Virus record (IMG/VR): IMGVR_UViG_2784746785_000001
Coordinates: 1 to 64,000 of that record
DNA length: 64,000 nucleotides
Reading direction: 5' to 3' (one strand)
Origin: a virus
Lineage: Duplodnaviria > Caudoviricetes
Position 1 is the stretch's first letter; every line of letters starts with the position of its first letter. Of this stretch, positions 27,995 to 37,236 are shown one piece after another. Both the position numbers and the translations under genes were made by a program. The notes beneath the pieces were generated by a model. It saw only the letters and a program-made list of their open reading frames with translations, ran no database searches and was not told where the DNA came from.

Positions 27995-28490
27995 TTTCTT
28001 CGGCCTCCATTTCTTTTATCTGCTTGATGAACCATCTCAATTCGCTGTGGTGGTGAGCGTGTGCACTTTGCGACGGAAAAACGACCAGATTCTCGGGAGA
28101 ATTGTTGTATCGGTTTCCGTCACGATGGTGTACGACTTCTCCGGGCATCAATGACCTTCCAAGCATCTGTTCAGCTACGACGCGATGTGCGGCGAGTCCA
28201 TGGATTTTGGAATAACCGTCGCATCTGCCTTTTCCGAGGCGGGATTCTCTGAGTTTCTCCTTGGTCTCAGGCGTCATACGATCCGGGTTGAGTTCCTCGT
28301 TTAGCTTTGTTATGTGCTGGCTTATGTTAGTGAAGTCCTTGAGGCTGGCATAGCCGTCTGGGTTCTTCGCTTTGCTGCTGAAATCCGCGAGGCATTGTCT
28401 GCTGCAGAAGTGGTGCTTCTTGCCTTTAAGCTGGGCTGAATCTCGGAAGAATTCACGTCCGCACCAATCACAGACTATTTTCAATTTCAT
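27978..28490 (-). CDS. Free-standing HNH (homing-type) endonuclease with N-terminal Zn finger
   Basis: CDWC...FCSRQC; AHRVVAEQMLGR...VVHHRDGNRYNN...NL. Confidence 0.85.
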   Translation of the reverse strand: MKLKIVCDWCGREFFRDSAQLKGKKHHFCSRQCLADFSSKAKNPDGYASLKDFTNISQHITKLNEELNPDRMTPETKEKLRESRLGKGRCDGYSKIHGLAAHRVVAEQMLGRSLMPGEVVHHRDGNRYNNSPENLVVFPSQSAHAHHHSELRWFIKQIKEMEAEENAETE

Positions 28491-28755
28491 CTATCACACC
28501 TCCGATCTGTTCTGGATTGTCGATGACATAGACGCGGAATCCGAGTTTCCGCAGGAGTCGGTGCCGTGCATATTGCAGTCTTCTTGGCTTCTTTCCGGGT
28601 GCCTTGAGCTCTGCGAAGGCGATGCGTGCGCCGGGCAGCAGGATGATCCGGTCCGGCATCCCGTCGAAGCCGGGTGAGACGAACTTCGGCGCGATGCCGC
28701 CGCGGCGCTTCACCTCGCTGGCGAGTTTCTGCTCGATCTGCTTTTCACTTCTCAT
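28468..28755 (-). CDS. VRR-NUC domain nuclease
   Basis: EKQIEQKL...KFVSPG..GMPDRI...FAELKAPG. Confidence 0.9.
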   Translation of the reverse strand: MRSEKQIEQKLASEVKRRGGIAPKFVSPGFDGMPDRIILLPGARIAFAELKAPGKKPRRLQYARHRLLRKLGFRVYVIDNPEQIGGVIDEIENSL

Positions 28756-29309
28756 GGTTTCGCCTCCGGAACCTGGTCGGCCAGGTTGAATGCGGCGTAG
28801 GCTGCGGAGAGGAAGTCGGTGATCGGCTTTCCCTTGTATGTCCAGACGCACTGGCCGTTGTATTTGACGCCGAGGCGCTCCGGGTTGTGGCGGCTGCGCC
28901 CGATGAGGATCTGCTCTCCGTGGTAGGTGAGACTCCAGCCGTTTGTCGTCCTTGTCCATTTGCGTCTGGGGAAGCTGCGTTTCCGCTTGGAGCGGTTCCG
29001 TATCAGGCGTTCGCGGTTCTTGGCGGCGAGGATGTCGCCTTCCATGACTCCGGCGCAGATGCAGCCGACGGATACATCCTCGAAGTAGTCCGGGTGCGTC
29101 ATGACGTGAACGTAGCGGACCTTGGTGCAGCCGCACAGCTCGCATGCGTGGAGCGGTGCGTTCCAGTCGTCATCACGTACGTCGTAGATCTCCTTGCATG
29201 TCCATCCGGAGAACGGTGCTCCCCAGCTGCGTAGTGTCTTCTGGCAGCGGGCGAGATAGCTTTTGTCCTTTAGGCCGTCAATGCCTAAGACTTGTCCTGA
29301 ATTGTTCAT
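28752..29309 (-). CDS. Hypothetical Cys-rich (CxxC...H...CxC) protein
   Basis: 185 aa, GGAGG RBS, ATGA-coupled to VRR-NUC. Confidence 0.7.
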   Translation of the reverse strand: MNNSGQVLGIDGLKDKSYLARCQKTLRSWGAPFSGWTCKEIYDVRDDDWNAPLHACELCGCTKVRYVHVMTHPDYFEDVSVGCICAGVMEGDILAAKNRERLIRNRSKRKRSFPRRKWTRTTNGWSLTYHGEQILIGRSRHNPERLGVKYNGQCVWTYKGKPITDFLSAAYAAFNLADQVPEAKP

Positions 29310-29339
29310 GGTGTTAAAACCTCCGTGCTTTCAACGTTT

Positions 29340-29553
29340 TTGAGGCTTTGTCCCTTTTGTCGCTTTTGTCCCTCTATCCGTATTTCCATATGGTTTTGTA
29401 GAAGAATTGATAATAAATAAATAAGTCTTTTTTGCTTTTTATAGGGGTTCGGACAAAAGGGACAAAACCCTGAAAGCCGCATGGATGCTGATGTTTTCGT
29501 GTCCCTGAACCTGTCCTGAAGGTCAGGACAGGCATAGGACGAAATGACAAAAC
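29340..29553. other. Putative phage replication origin (iterons flanking an AT-rich core)
   Basis: Perfect 15-bp inverted repeat TTTGTCCCTTTTGTC (29347-29361) / GACAAAAGGGACAAA (29452-29466) around an AT-rich spacer, plus further TGTC/GACA units. Confidence 0.55.
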
Positions 29554-31806
29554 TCACTTGTGCTCCTTCAGCCACGGATTGACGGCATACTTGGGAAGCG
29601 GCGGTCTGCCGGTCCCGGATGCCTTCTGCGGCCTCTGCGCGATGTATCCGTAGTCCTCAAGGAAGTCGAGAACCGGCTGGATGCTCTCCACGGTCTTGAA
29701 GGTCCGGCACATACGCATGGCGTCACGCCGGTCGAAGTGGTCGATGTTCCGCTCCTTGAGCTTCTGGAGGATCATGTCGGCGTTCTTGTACATCGCATCC
29801 TCGGGAAGAACGGAGTAGGCGGCCTGCGCGTGGTTCAGGAAGTACCTGCCAAGCCGGATCGCATTCTGCATGGTCTCGCCCGATACGGTGAGTGCGCTGT
29901 GGACGTCGAGGAAGTCGTGGCTCTGATAGGTGGCTGCCCGGCAGAGGAGCCCGGCGATGCGCAGCACGTTGCCGACGAGCTTTCCAGCCCAGTCGGCCAT
30001 CTCCGCATAGCCGGTGGTGAGCTTGGGCTCCAGCCAGTTGGCGAAGGCTTCAAGCTCGCGGTCGGCTTCCGGGCTGAGCGTGATGGTCTGCGGCTTCTCC
30101 GGGTACTCGTCGTCCAGCAGGTTTACGACCAGACGCTCATAGGCGCGGTAGATACTGTCGGTCACGGCCTCGCTCCGGTAGCGCCTGCTTCCCACACTGG
30201 AGACGGGCATGCTGTAGAGGAACCTCGCGGTGAGCCCTCGTCCGCGGAAGGTCGTGTTGCTGAGGACCGCGGAGACGACGTTCGGCTGCGCCATCAGGAG
30301 GATGGTGAGCGCCGGGTCCATGATGCTTTCACTGTCACGCCCGATACGGTCGACGCGGATCGTGTCTCCCGAGTAGCCCTTGAGCATGACGTCGATGTTC
30401 ACGTTCCGCGTGTAGATGCCGGAGAGCGTGTCGAAGATGCCGCCCTCACTGGAGATCAGCGAGGCGTGGCCGTGGTTGCTGGCGATGACGGAGACGAGCT
30501 TCTCGGTCGTAATATCATCCACATACAATTGCAGCGGATTCACTTCCTCGAAGTCGGCGACCTCCTGCGCGATGCGCTCAAGCTCCTCCGGATCGGCGTT
30601 GCCCTTGGCGACCTTCTCCTCGAGGGCCTTCTGCCTGCGCTCCAGCACGCGCTTCTGCATGCGTCCCGCCTCGACGGCAGCGGCGTTGGTCTTGTTGTAT
30701 TCGACCTCGTAGTCGTTGACCGGCTGCAGCATCAGATGCAATACCGACGACTTCCTCTCGGACGGCGGTGCGATGACGATCACGTAGGTGTTGAGCGGCT
30801 CCACCCAGTCGGACTTGCCCTGAATCCGGTACTTCTTCTGAAGACAGGTCGACAGGACGCTGATTGCAATGCTGCCTGCCATGTCGACGCTGGTCTGCGT
30901 GCTCTCCGCGACAGCACGAACATAGTCGGCTATCGCCTGCGGGAGTGCGTCGACCGGGAAGGGCGCCATCGTGTACCGTGAGAACGGCAGCGGCTCGCTC
31001 CATCCGGTGTCCGGATTGTTGTACTCCTGCGGGCTCACGTAGCCGGGCTGGCTTGCGATCTTCGCATAGTATTTCTGTGCGCTTCTCCAGATGTGGTTCA
31101 GCTCCTCCGTGGAGAGCGGCGGCTGGCATTTCTCCGCTTCCGTGAAATACGCGTTCTTGGATTCCTCTGAATCGCCATAGCGTTTCATGGAGCGTACTGC
31201 CCAGTGGAACATCGTGTTGTTCCGGCTGCCCTCCGGAATCGTGGCCTGCTTCTCGTAGCCGCCCGGCATGTCCCTGTCGAACTCGTCGCCGAACAGGAAG
31301 TCCGTGAGCGTCTTGCCTCCGGGATGGAACTCGACCTCCGGGTTCCTTGTCCCGTAGAGGAAGCGTGCCGCGTCGAGCGCGTTCGCATCCAGGTAGGGGA
31401 AGATTTCGTGCAGGAGCTGTTTCAATGCGACGTACGCCTCGTAGTCGGTCATCGGATCGATCTGGAAGAACAGGTGGAACCGCGGCCTTGCGGATTTCCC
31501 GTCCTTGGGCCGCATGTTGTGGCGGCTGTAGTGGACGGCGAAGAAGACGCCGGGCAGTGCCTTCTGAATATCCGCAGGCGTCTTCCAGTCACGCTTGCTG
31601 TCGGAGTGGTCGTTGTCACAGTCGACCGGCAGGCAGTCCGAGGAGATGAAGTTGTCGTTGCCGCGATAGTTGTTCCTGTACTTGGCGCACACGTGGTCGT
31701 GCGAGACGGCTCTTTTGAAGCTCGCCTCGTCGGCGACCTCGATTGGGTGCGGGTAGACGCAGTTGGATTCTTGCTGGTAGGCGTCAGATGTATAGATGGT
31801 GAACAT
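29554..31806 (-). CDS. Primase-like protein + PriCT + DUF3987 (YfjI-like) helicase domain
   Basis: VDCDNDH...SRHN...RFHLFF; IPEGSRNNTMF (PriCT); APPSERKSS, DDITTEKL, RGRGLTARF (DUF3987). Confidence 0.8.
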   Translation of the reverse strand: MFTIYTSDAYQQESNCVYPHPIEVADEASFKRAVSHDHVCAKYRNNYRGNDNFISSDCLPVDCDNDHSDSKRDWKTPADIQKALPGVFFAVHYSRHNMRPKDGKSARPRFHLFFQIDPMTDYEAYVALKQLLHEIFPYLDANALDAARFLYGTRNPEVEFHPGGKTLTDFLFGDEFDRDMPGGYEKQATIPEGSRNNTMFHWAVRSMKRYGDSEESKNAYFTEAEKCQPPLSTEELNHIWRSAQKYYAKIASQPGYVSPQEYNNPDTGWSEPLPFSRYTMAPFPVDALPQAIADYVRAVAESTQTSVDMAGSIAISVLSTCLQKKYRIQGKSDWVEPLNTYVIVIAPPSERKSSVLHLMLQPVNDYEVEYNKTNAAAVEAGRMQKRVLERRQKALEEKVAKGNADPEELERIAQEVADFEEVNPLQLYVDDITTEKLVSVIASNHGHASLISSEGGIFDTLSGIYTRNVNIDVMLKGYSGDTIRVDRIGRDSESIMDPALTILLMAQPNVVSAVLSNTTFRGRGLTARFLYSMPVSSVGSRRYRSEAVTDSIYRAYERLVVNLLDDEYPEKPQTITLSPEADRELEAFANWLEPKLTTGYAEMADWAGKLVGNVLRIAGLLCRAATYQSHDFLDVHSALTVSGETMQNAIRLGRYFLNHAQAAYSVLPEDAMYKNADMILQKLKERNIDHFDRRDAMRMCRTFKTVESIQPVLDFLEDYGYIAQRPQKASGTGRPPLPKYAVNPWLKEHK

Positions 31807-32135
31807 CAGTCGTACACCTCCTTCGATTCTTCCTCCAGCACCTGTACGATGAACTTTAGGGCCATGATCATGGTTTCAAGCTCGCAGTCACCGCCGAGGG
31901 TAACCTCGAAGCCGCCGTTCCCGTACCTGTCCTGGATCGGGTTCACACGGATATCCGTGCCGCCGAGATCTGTGACACGGAAGAAGGTGCGTCCGCCGTG
32001 ACCGGTGTCGCCTCCCATATATCCGGTTGTTCCGGCCTCGGCCTCCAGCACGTTCGCGCTTTCGATCTCGCGGCTGTAGGTGGTGATGCTGGTTCCGTCG
32101 TAGAGCGTCCGCCTGTTTTCATTGATTGCATGCAT
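31806..32135 (-). CDS. Hypothetical protein
   Basis: GGDTGHGGRT motif; GGAGG RBS before MHAINE. Confidence 0.65.
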   Translation of the reverse strand: MHAINENRRTLYDGTSITTYSREIESANVLEAEAGTTGYMGGDTGHGGRTFFRVTDLGGTDIRVNPIQDRYGNGGFEVTLGGDCELETMIMALKFIVQVLEEESKEVYD

Positions 32136-32137
32136 GG

Positions 32138-32554
32138 TTAGACCTCCTTTAAATTCTCTGTGAAATAGCGCAGTCGGTATCCCTTCCAGCGGGCGTGTTT
32201 GATTTCCGTCGTCATACCACGCGATATGCGGTTTCCGAACACCCAGACCTCGGCACACTTGCTCATGAGCGCGTTCCCAAAGAAGAGTCCGAGCTTGCGC
32301 TCCGTTGGATCGCTGTCGTCAAGGAACTGCGGGAACAGCAGGTGCGGCGCAATCGGGATGTATCCCTGATCGACCACGAAACGGCAGTAGCGCCTTGCCG
32401 CCTCCACGTTTTTCTGGATGTTGCCCGTATATGGTGAGCAGACATAGACGATGGGACGGAAAGCCCGGAGCGCCTTCTTTTCCTCGAGCTCGATACGGCT
32501 CAAGGCCTCGCAGCATGTCGGGTCCGGATAGCCCTCAAAATTCCTGTAATCCAA
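32138..32554 (-). CDS. DUF4406-like (nucleoside deoxyribosyltransferase-like fold) protein
   Basis: VYVCSPY...PIAPHLLFPQF...CAEVWVFG..IS.GM..EI; probable TTG start. Confidence 0.7.
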   Translation of the reverse strand: MDYRNFEGYPDPTCCEALSRIELEEKKALRAFRPIVYVCSPYTGNIQKNVEAARRYCRFVVDQGYIPIAPHLLFPQFLDDSDPTERKLGLFFGNALMSKCAEVWVFGNRISRGMTTEIKHARWKGYRLRYFTENLKEV

Positions 32555-32607
32555 ACCGGTATCCTCCTTTCCGGCAGGCAATAGAAAAAGCGGCCTGCCT
32601 CTACTTC

Positions 32608-32638
32608 CCACTGGAGGAGACAGACCGCTTTTGACGAA
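32608..32638 (-). promoter_or_regulatory. Motif A copy 2, overlapping a hairpin after polA
   Basis: TTCGTCAAAA-N11-CCTCCAGTGG; AAAAGCGG/CCGCTTTT inverted repeat at 32586-32632. Confidence 0.6.
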
Positions 32639-32644
32639 ACAGAT

Positions 32645-34642
32645 TCAGTTTTTCTTATAGAAATCGCAGACGTACCCGTCTGCACGCAGCACCAGACCAT
32701 CCGCCCAAGAAGGGGCGCGTCCCATCTGCTCGCACAATGCGTCGAGCGAGACGCGCGGATCGGCTTCGATGACAAGCTCGTCATGGATATGCATGCAGAT
32801 AGCGCAATGCCGGAGCGTCTTCATCGAATTGCACAGGATGTCGCGGGAGGTGGCCTGCACGATGTTCTCCACAAACTTCGGACCGTACGATTCGAGGCGC
32901 TCCCATTTCTTCGTGCCACCCACGCCCTCGTAGGTGATGCACTCGCTGCCGAAACGGTTCATGCCGACCTTTGGCTTCACATACGCGAGGCTCCGTCCGG
33001 ACGGCAGGGTGATGAACAGCATCCCGGACTGCCAGAAGAAGGTGAGCTTCCCAAGCCGGGTGGTGCGGTGGTTTTTCACGGCCTGCATGACGGCCTTGTC
33101 GACGTCCCACCAGAAGCGGACGATCTGCTGGTTTGCATCCCGCCACGAGGACACGATGTCCGGAAGTTCATCCTCGGAAAGTCCCATCTCGAGAGCGCCC
33201 ATCGCCTTCAATGCGCCTGTCGAGCCGCCGTAGCCGCATGCCAGTTCAGCGATCTTACCCTTGGCGCGGAGCTCACCATTCACGCCGTGTTTGACGACCG
33301 GCTTGTGGAACATGCGGCTTGCTGTACTGCAGTAGATGTCCTCGCCGTTTGCGAATGCGTCGGATTTCCATTGCTCGCCTGCGTACCATGCGATGACTCT
33401 GGCTTCGATGGCGGAGAAGTCCGCCACATAGAACCGGCAGCCGTCCTGAGGTATGAACGCCGTGCGGATGAGCTGGCTAAGCGTATCCGGCACATCCTCG
33501 TAGATCATCTTTAAGGCTTCGTATTCGCCGGACTTCACAAGCGCCCGCGCAGCATCCAGGTCAGGCAGATGGTTCTGCGGCAGATTCTGCAATTGGATGA
33601 GTCTCCCGGCCCAGCGCCCGGTGCGGTTTGCGCCGTAGAACATGAACATGCCTCGCGCACGGCTGTCGGAGCATACGGCACGCTGCATTGTCTGGTATTT
33701 CTTCACGCTGGATTTCGCAAGCTGCTGCCGAAGTTCCAGCACCTCCGCAAGCTCAGGAGGAGCGGTCTTGAGCAGTGCGGCGACGGCTTTCTTGCCGAGG
33801 CTGTTGACCTCCATGCCGTTGTCGGAGAGCCACCGCTTCATCTGTTGGACGCTGTTCGGATTCTCCAAGTCCGTCAATTTCTGCATCTTCTCTGTGAGCT
33901 CGCTGCGGGAGCGGGTGTCCATGTCGAGGGCCTTTTCCACGAGATCCATGTCGATGCGCACGCCGCGGTCGTTGATCTTCTGATCGATGTGGTACTCATT
34001 CCACACGAAGTCCGGCACAGGAAAATTCCGGAGTCGCTTCTGGATCAACATCTCGACTTCGACATCTCGCTTGTTGTATCTCTTGAACGTTGCCCACTTG
34101 GCTGGATCATCGGAGGGCCGATTACGTGTCCTGCCGCCGTTTGCCTTGGTAGGTGCGCAGGGGACGGAGAAGTAACGAATCAGTGCCTTTCCCTCGTCCA
34201 TCTTCTGGTCTTCGAGATTTAGGACTGCGCCGACTCCCTTTAGGGAGAGTGGGAGCCCCATTGTTGCTGCCCACACCATCGAGCAGCGCCAGCCCTGCGG
34301 ATTCAGGAACCGGGCAGGCTCGGTCGACAGTGGATGCTTGTCGTGGAACGGATCAAGGCTTCGGCCCAGGTCACGCAGGTAGCGTGACAGGCAGACGCGT
34401 TCGAAGTTCGCGTTAAAGGCCCACTTGAGAACCGTGTCGTCGGTCAGGGCGTCCAGAATGTCCTCCGGGATCTGTTCACCGCAGGAAAGGTCGATGACCT
34501 GCACCGGTCCGTCGTCAACGCTGTAGCCGAACAGGAGAATTTCAAAGGAAGGCGACTCTGAATACTTGTATACGCCGCATTTGCCAAGACCGATGTCGGA
34601 AAACGTCTCGATGTCTATGCTGATTGTCTTCACATTTTTCAC
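32645..34642 (-). CDS. Phage DNA polymerase, family A
   Basis: 3'-5' exonuclease IDIET; RTGRW; motif A ADFSAIEAR; motif B KIAELACGYG; motif C HIHDE. Confidence 0.95.
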   Translation of the reverse strand: MKNVKTISIDIETFSDIGLGKCGVYKYSESPSFEILLFGYSVDDGPVQVIDLSCGEQIPEDILDALTDDTVLKWAFNANFERVCLSRYLRDLGRSLDPFHDKHPLSTEPARFLNPQGWRCSMVWAATMGLPLSLKGVGAVLNLEDQKMDEGKALIRYFSVPCAPTKANGGRTRNRPSDDPAKWATFKRYNKRDVEVEMLIQKRLRNFPVPDFVWNEYHIDQKINDRGVRIDMDLVEKALDMDTRSRSELTEKMQKLTDLENPNSVQQMKRWLSDNGMEVNSLGKKAVAALLKTAPPELAEVLELRQQLAKSSVKKYQTMQRAVCSDSRARGMFMFYGANRTGRWAGRLIQLQNLPQNHLPDLDAARALVKSGEYEALKMIYEDVPDTLSQLIRTAFIPQDGCRFYVADFSAIEARVIAWYAGEQWKSDAFANGEDIYCSTASRMFHKPVVKHGVNGELRAKGKIAELACGYGGSTGALKAMGALEMGLSEDELPDIVSSWRDANQQIVRFWWDVDKAVMQAVKNHRTTRLGKLTFFWQSGMLFITLPSGRSLAYVKPKVGMNRFGSECITYEGVGGTKKWERLESYGPKFVENIVQATSRDILCNSMKTLRHCAICMHIHDELVIEADPRVSLDALCEQMGRAPSWADGLVLRADGYVCDFYKKN

Positions 34643-34710
34643 CTCAATTCACGAATAAGGCGGCAGAGAGATAGGTCCCTGCCGCCCGCAATACTTGTAT
34701 GGTTTATGGC

Positions 34711-34908
34711 TTAGCCGCGATGCGCTTCAAGCTCCTTCATGCGGCGCTCGTGGTACTCCTTGTCACGCTCTTCCTGACGGAGCTTGAGCTCCTTGTCCTC
34801 ACGGTAGGAGCGGGCGCTCGTGACCGAGATGATGATCAGGAGCGCGATGCCGCTGAGACCGAGCAGGTCGTAGATGATGTAGAGAATCATGTTCATAATG
34901 GTTTCCAT
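34711..34908 (-). CDS. Small membrane-anchored hypothetical protein
   Basis: N-terminal hydrophobic helix and charged tail; GGAGG RBS. Confidence 0.65.
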   Translation of the reverse strand: METIMNMILYIIYDLLGLSGIALLIIISVTSARSYREDKELKLRQEERDKEYHERRMKELEAHRG

Positions 34909-34920
34909 TGGTTTGCCTCC

Positions 34921-35499
34921 TTAGTTCAGGAAATCGTCGTCGCTGTCGGTTGCAAAGTCCGCGAAGTCGGATTCAGCGCTGGCCTTGCTGCCGAGCGGTT
35001 CGCCGTCACGGATCTTCTGCAGGTTGTTCAGCCCGCAGGCGATACCGCGGTTGCCGGAGCTGTTGAACGCGTAGAACGTGATGCTGGCTCTGCCGTACAC
35101 GCCGGAGTACACCTCGCTGCGGCTCATGATCGGGTTGAGATCCGCGTCCACGATGCCGGGAGCAGTCGTGGCGTTTGCGTTCACGAAGTAGGCGTTACGG
35201 TATGCCTCGTCGTCCGGGCGCTCCACATCGCCGTCACGAAGCGGCATCTTGATTGCGGAAAGGGCTGGCACAGACTTGCTGTTGCCCTTGAGCTTGGCTT
35301 CGCCCTCCTTGTAGGCCGCTTCGATGGCTGCCTTGATCTTGGCGACGGTCACGGTGTCGGATTTCGGGATGATGAGCGATACCGAGTACTTTGGCGTGCC
35401 ACCGTTGATGGACTTGGGCTCCCACACGTTGGCGTAGGACCAGCGGGTGTTCACACCGGTGATGACCTTCATAGGATTGTGCATGGTTGTTTTACTCAT
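34921..35499 (-). CDS. DUF2815 single-stranded DNA-binding protein (T7 gp2.5-like)
   Basis: RWSYANVWEP, PLRDGD, YSGVYGR, acidic C-terminal tail. Confidence 0.9.
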   Translation of the reverse strand: MSKTTMHNPMKVITGVNTRWSYANVWEPKSINGGTPKYSVSLIIPKSDTVTVAKIKAAIEAAYKEGEAKLKGNSKSVPALSAIKMPLRDGDVERPDDEAYRNAYFVNANATTAPGIVDADLNPIMSRSEVYSGVYGRASITFYAFNSSGNRGIACGLNNLQKIRDGEPLGSKASAESDFADFATDSDDDFLN

Positions 35500-36634
35500 G
35501 ATCTTTTACCTCCATAAAATCGTTTTTGGCTGTATTCATCGCCGGACGCTTGTCTGAGTCCGGGACGAGGGTTGGTTTGCCCTGCGGCTTTTCGATGTAA
35601 GCCGACAGGAGTTCGTTGAACCGGTTCTTACCGAGGAACTTCTGCATGGCGGTGATGCTCAGTAGCTTTTGCTCGTACGGGTCGAATCCGGCGTTCTCGA
35701 CTGCCGTTGCGACGGCGGTTTCATTGGTGTATTTGCGGACAGACCTGCCTTCGACGAGCTTGAAGCCGTGCCACTTTTTTCCGGAGAGTGCCTGCTGGAG
35801 CGCGTACTCCTTGATGTCGGACGCCCACAAGACCAACTCGTCCACCTGGGAGAGGATGGTTTCGATCTCCGCGTCGGAGAGCTCAGGCGGCAGCTTAAAC
35901 TCGTACTGTGCGAGCTTCAGGTTCTCCTCGGCTCGCTTCCGGCAGATGGTCTTCGCCTTGCAGAACCGGCACCACGGGCCACAGGAGAATTCTCCATTGC
36001 CATTCCACGCCAGCTCCGCTGTGGGCTTCAGAACCTCGTTGGCCCATGCAAGCAGGTCCTTCTTGCTGATCTGCCATTCACTGATGTTCTGCCGCCTTGG
36101 CTGGTAGATGGTCATGCTGACCGTGTCGATGTCGTAGATATCGTCGAACAATTCGAGAGCACCGAGACTGTAGCAGGCCATCTGAGGATTGCGTTCCGCC
36201 GAGACCTCGACGCCCAGACCGTATTTCAGATCGATGATCCGGAGCGTGCCATCCGCGATGATCAAGGCGTCGGCGGTGCCGAAGCCCTGCTTCACCCAGT
36301 GAGAGAAGTTCACACGCTGTTCAACCAGAACAACCGGATCAGCGCATGTCTGCTTCGCATCCTCTACCTGCTCCAGCACGTAGGCGACATAGCCTTCCGT
36401 GGCCTCCTCCATCTCCTCGTTGTAGTAGTCGAGGCTCTCGGTCGGATCCTCCGCCGGGTAGCCGAGCGCCTTGCGGAGCTTGAATTCGGCAAGCGCGTGA
36501 GCGCAGGTGCCTTCGGCGGCGTAGCTGCTGCCTTCATCCTTGAATCCCTCGCTTAAGCGTACGGAAGGCGGGCAGTGAATCCACCTGTCCGAGCTCGATG
36601 CGGAGAGGACCGCGTGCTGTCTTTCAGAATTCAT
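35492..36634 (-). CDS. DUF2800 PD-(D/E)XK (Cas4-like) nuclease
   Basis: HAVLSASSSDRWIHC, GTADA...IIDLKYG, CxxCRFC. Confidence 0.9.
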   Translation of the reverse strand: MNSERQHAVLSASSSDRWIHCPPSVRLSEGFKDEGSSYAAEGTCAHALAEFKLRKALGYPAEDPTESLDYYNEEMEEATEGYVAYVLEQVEDAKQTCADPVVLVEQRVNFSHWVKQGFGTADALIIADGTLRIIDLKYGLGVEVSAERNPQMACYSLGALELFDDIYDIDTVSMTIYQPRRQNISEWQISKKDLLAWANEVLKPTAELAWNGNGEFSCGPWCRFCKAKTICRKRAEENLKLAQYEFKLPPELSDAEIETILSQVDELVLWASDIKEYALQQALSGKKWHGFKLVEGRSVRKYTNETAVATAVENAGFDPYEQKLLSITAMQKFLGKNRFNELLSAYIEKPQGKPTLVPDSDKRPAMNTAKNDFMEVKDHE

Positions 36635-36953
36635 TGAGTCCCTCCACATCGAAGAGCAGGGCCTCGTAGTCGTTCGGATCGACAGCCGACAGCTTGCTCG
36701 CACCGTACTTGTGGAGCAGCTCGCGGATCTGTGCCGTATAACCTGCGCGGGACCGTTCGGCAAGCACCTTCCGCACATCCTCCAGCTTCAGCTCCTTCTT
36801 CTCAGACTCAGCCTGCGGAGCTTCCGGCTCGGGAGCAGGTTCCTCCGTGGTGCCGGAGAACTGCTTGTAGAGCCAGTCGGCTGCATCATTGATAGCAGCG
36901 GCTGCATCGCGCAGGTCTTTGATGGTCTGATCCATGTCTGCCATTTTTGACAT
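36624..36953 (-). CDS. Conserved phage replication-module protein
   Basis: LEDVRKVLAERSRAG...LLHKYGASKLSAVDP; GGAGG RBS. Confidence 0.75.
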   Translation of the reverse strand: MSKMADMDQTIKDLRDAAAAINDAADWLYKQFSGTTEEPAPEPEAPQAESEKKELKLEDVRKVLAERSRAGYTAQIRELLHKYGASKLSAVDPNDYEALLFDVEGLNEF

Positions 36954-37095
36954 TCTGTTTTCCTCCTTCCATTGATTTGCTTTCTGCTGCAAGAACACTC
37001 AGGTTCCTTGCTAGTCTTGCGGATACATGGCTTATCGCGATAAGAACTGCGATGGTTTCCGTGTCCGCGGGACTCCTGTTGCGCGTCTTGTTCAT
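36886..37095 (-). CDS. Small hypothetical protein
   Basis: GGAGG RBS before MNKTRN; directly follows motif A copy 3; overlaps the next gene. Confidence 0.5.
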   Translation of the reverse strand: MNKTRNRSPADTETIAVLIAISHVSARLARNLSVLAAESKSMEGGKQNVKNGRHGSDHQRPARCSRCYQ

Positions 37096-37142
37096 GGCGT
37101 CTGCCTCCTTTCCGGAGCAGATTTCTGTGCTCCTTACACTTC

Positions 37143-37173
37143 CCACTGGAGGCAGGGCACGCGTTTTGACGAA
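37143..37173 (-). promoter_or_regulatory. Motif A copy 3, at the head of the replication operon
   Basis: TTCGTCAAAA-N11-CCTCCAGTGG just downstream of the sigma-like gene. Confidence 0.6.
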
Positions 37174-37236
37174 GACGGAGGGAAGAAATTCTGAAAAAGC
37201 TCCGACCGCCATTTCAGGCAGCCGGAGCCGTGGGCT

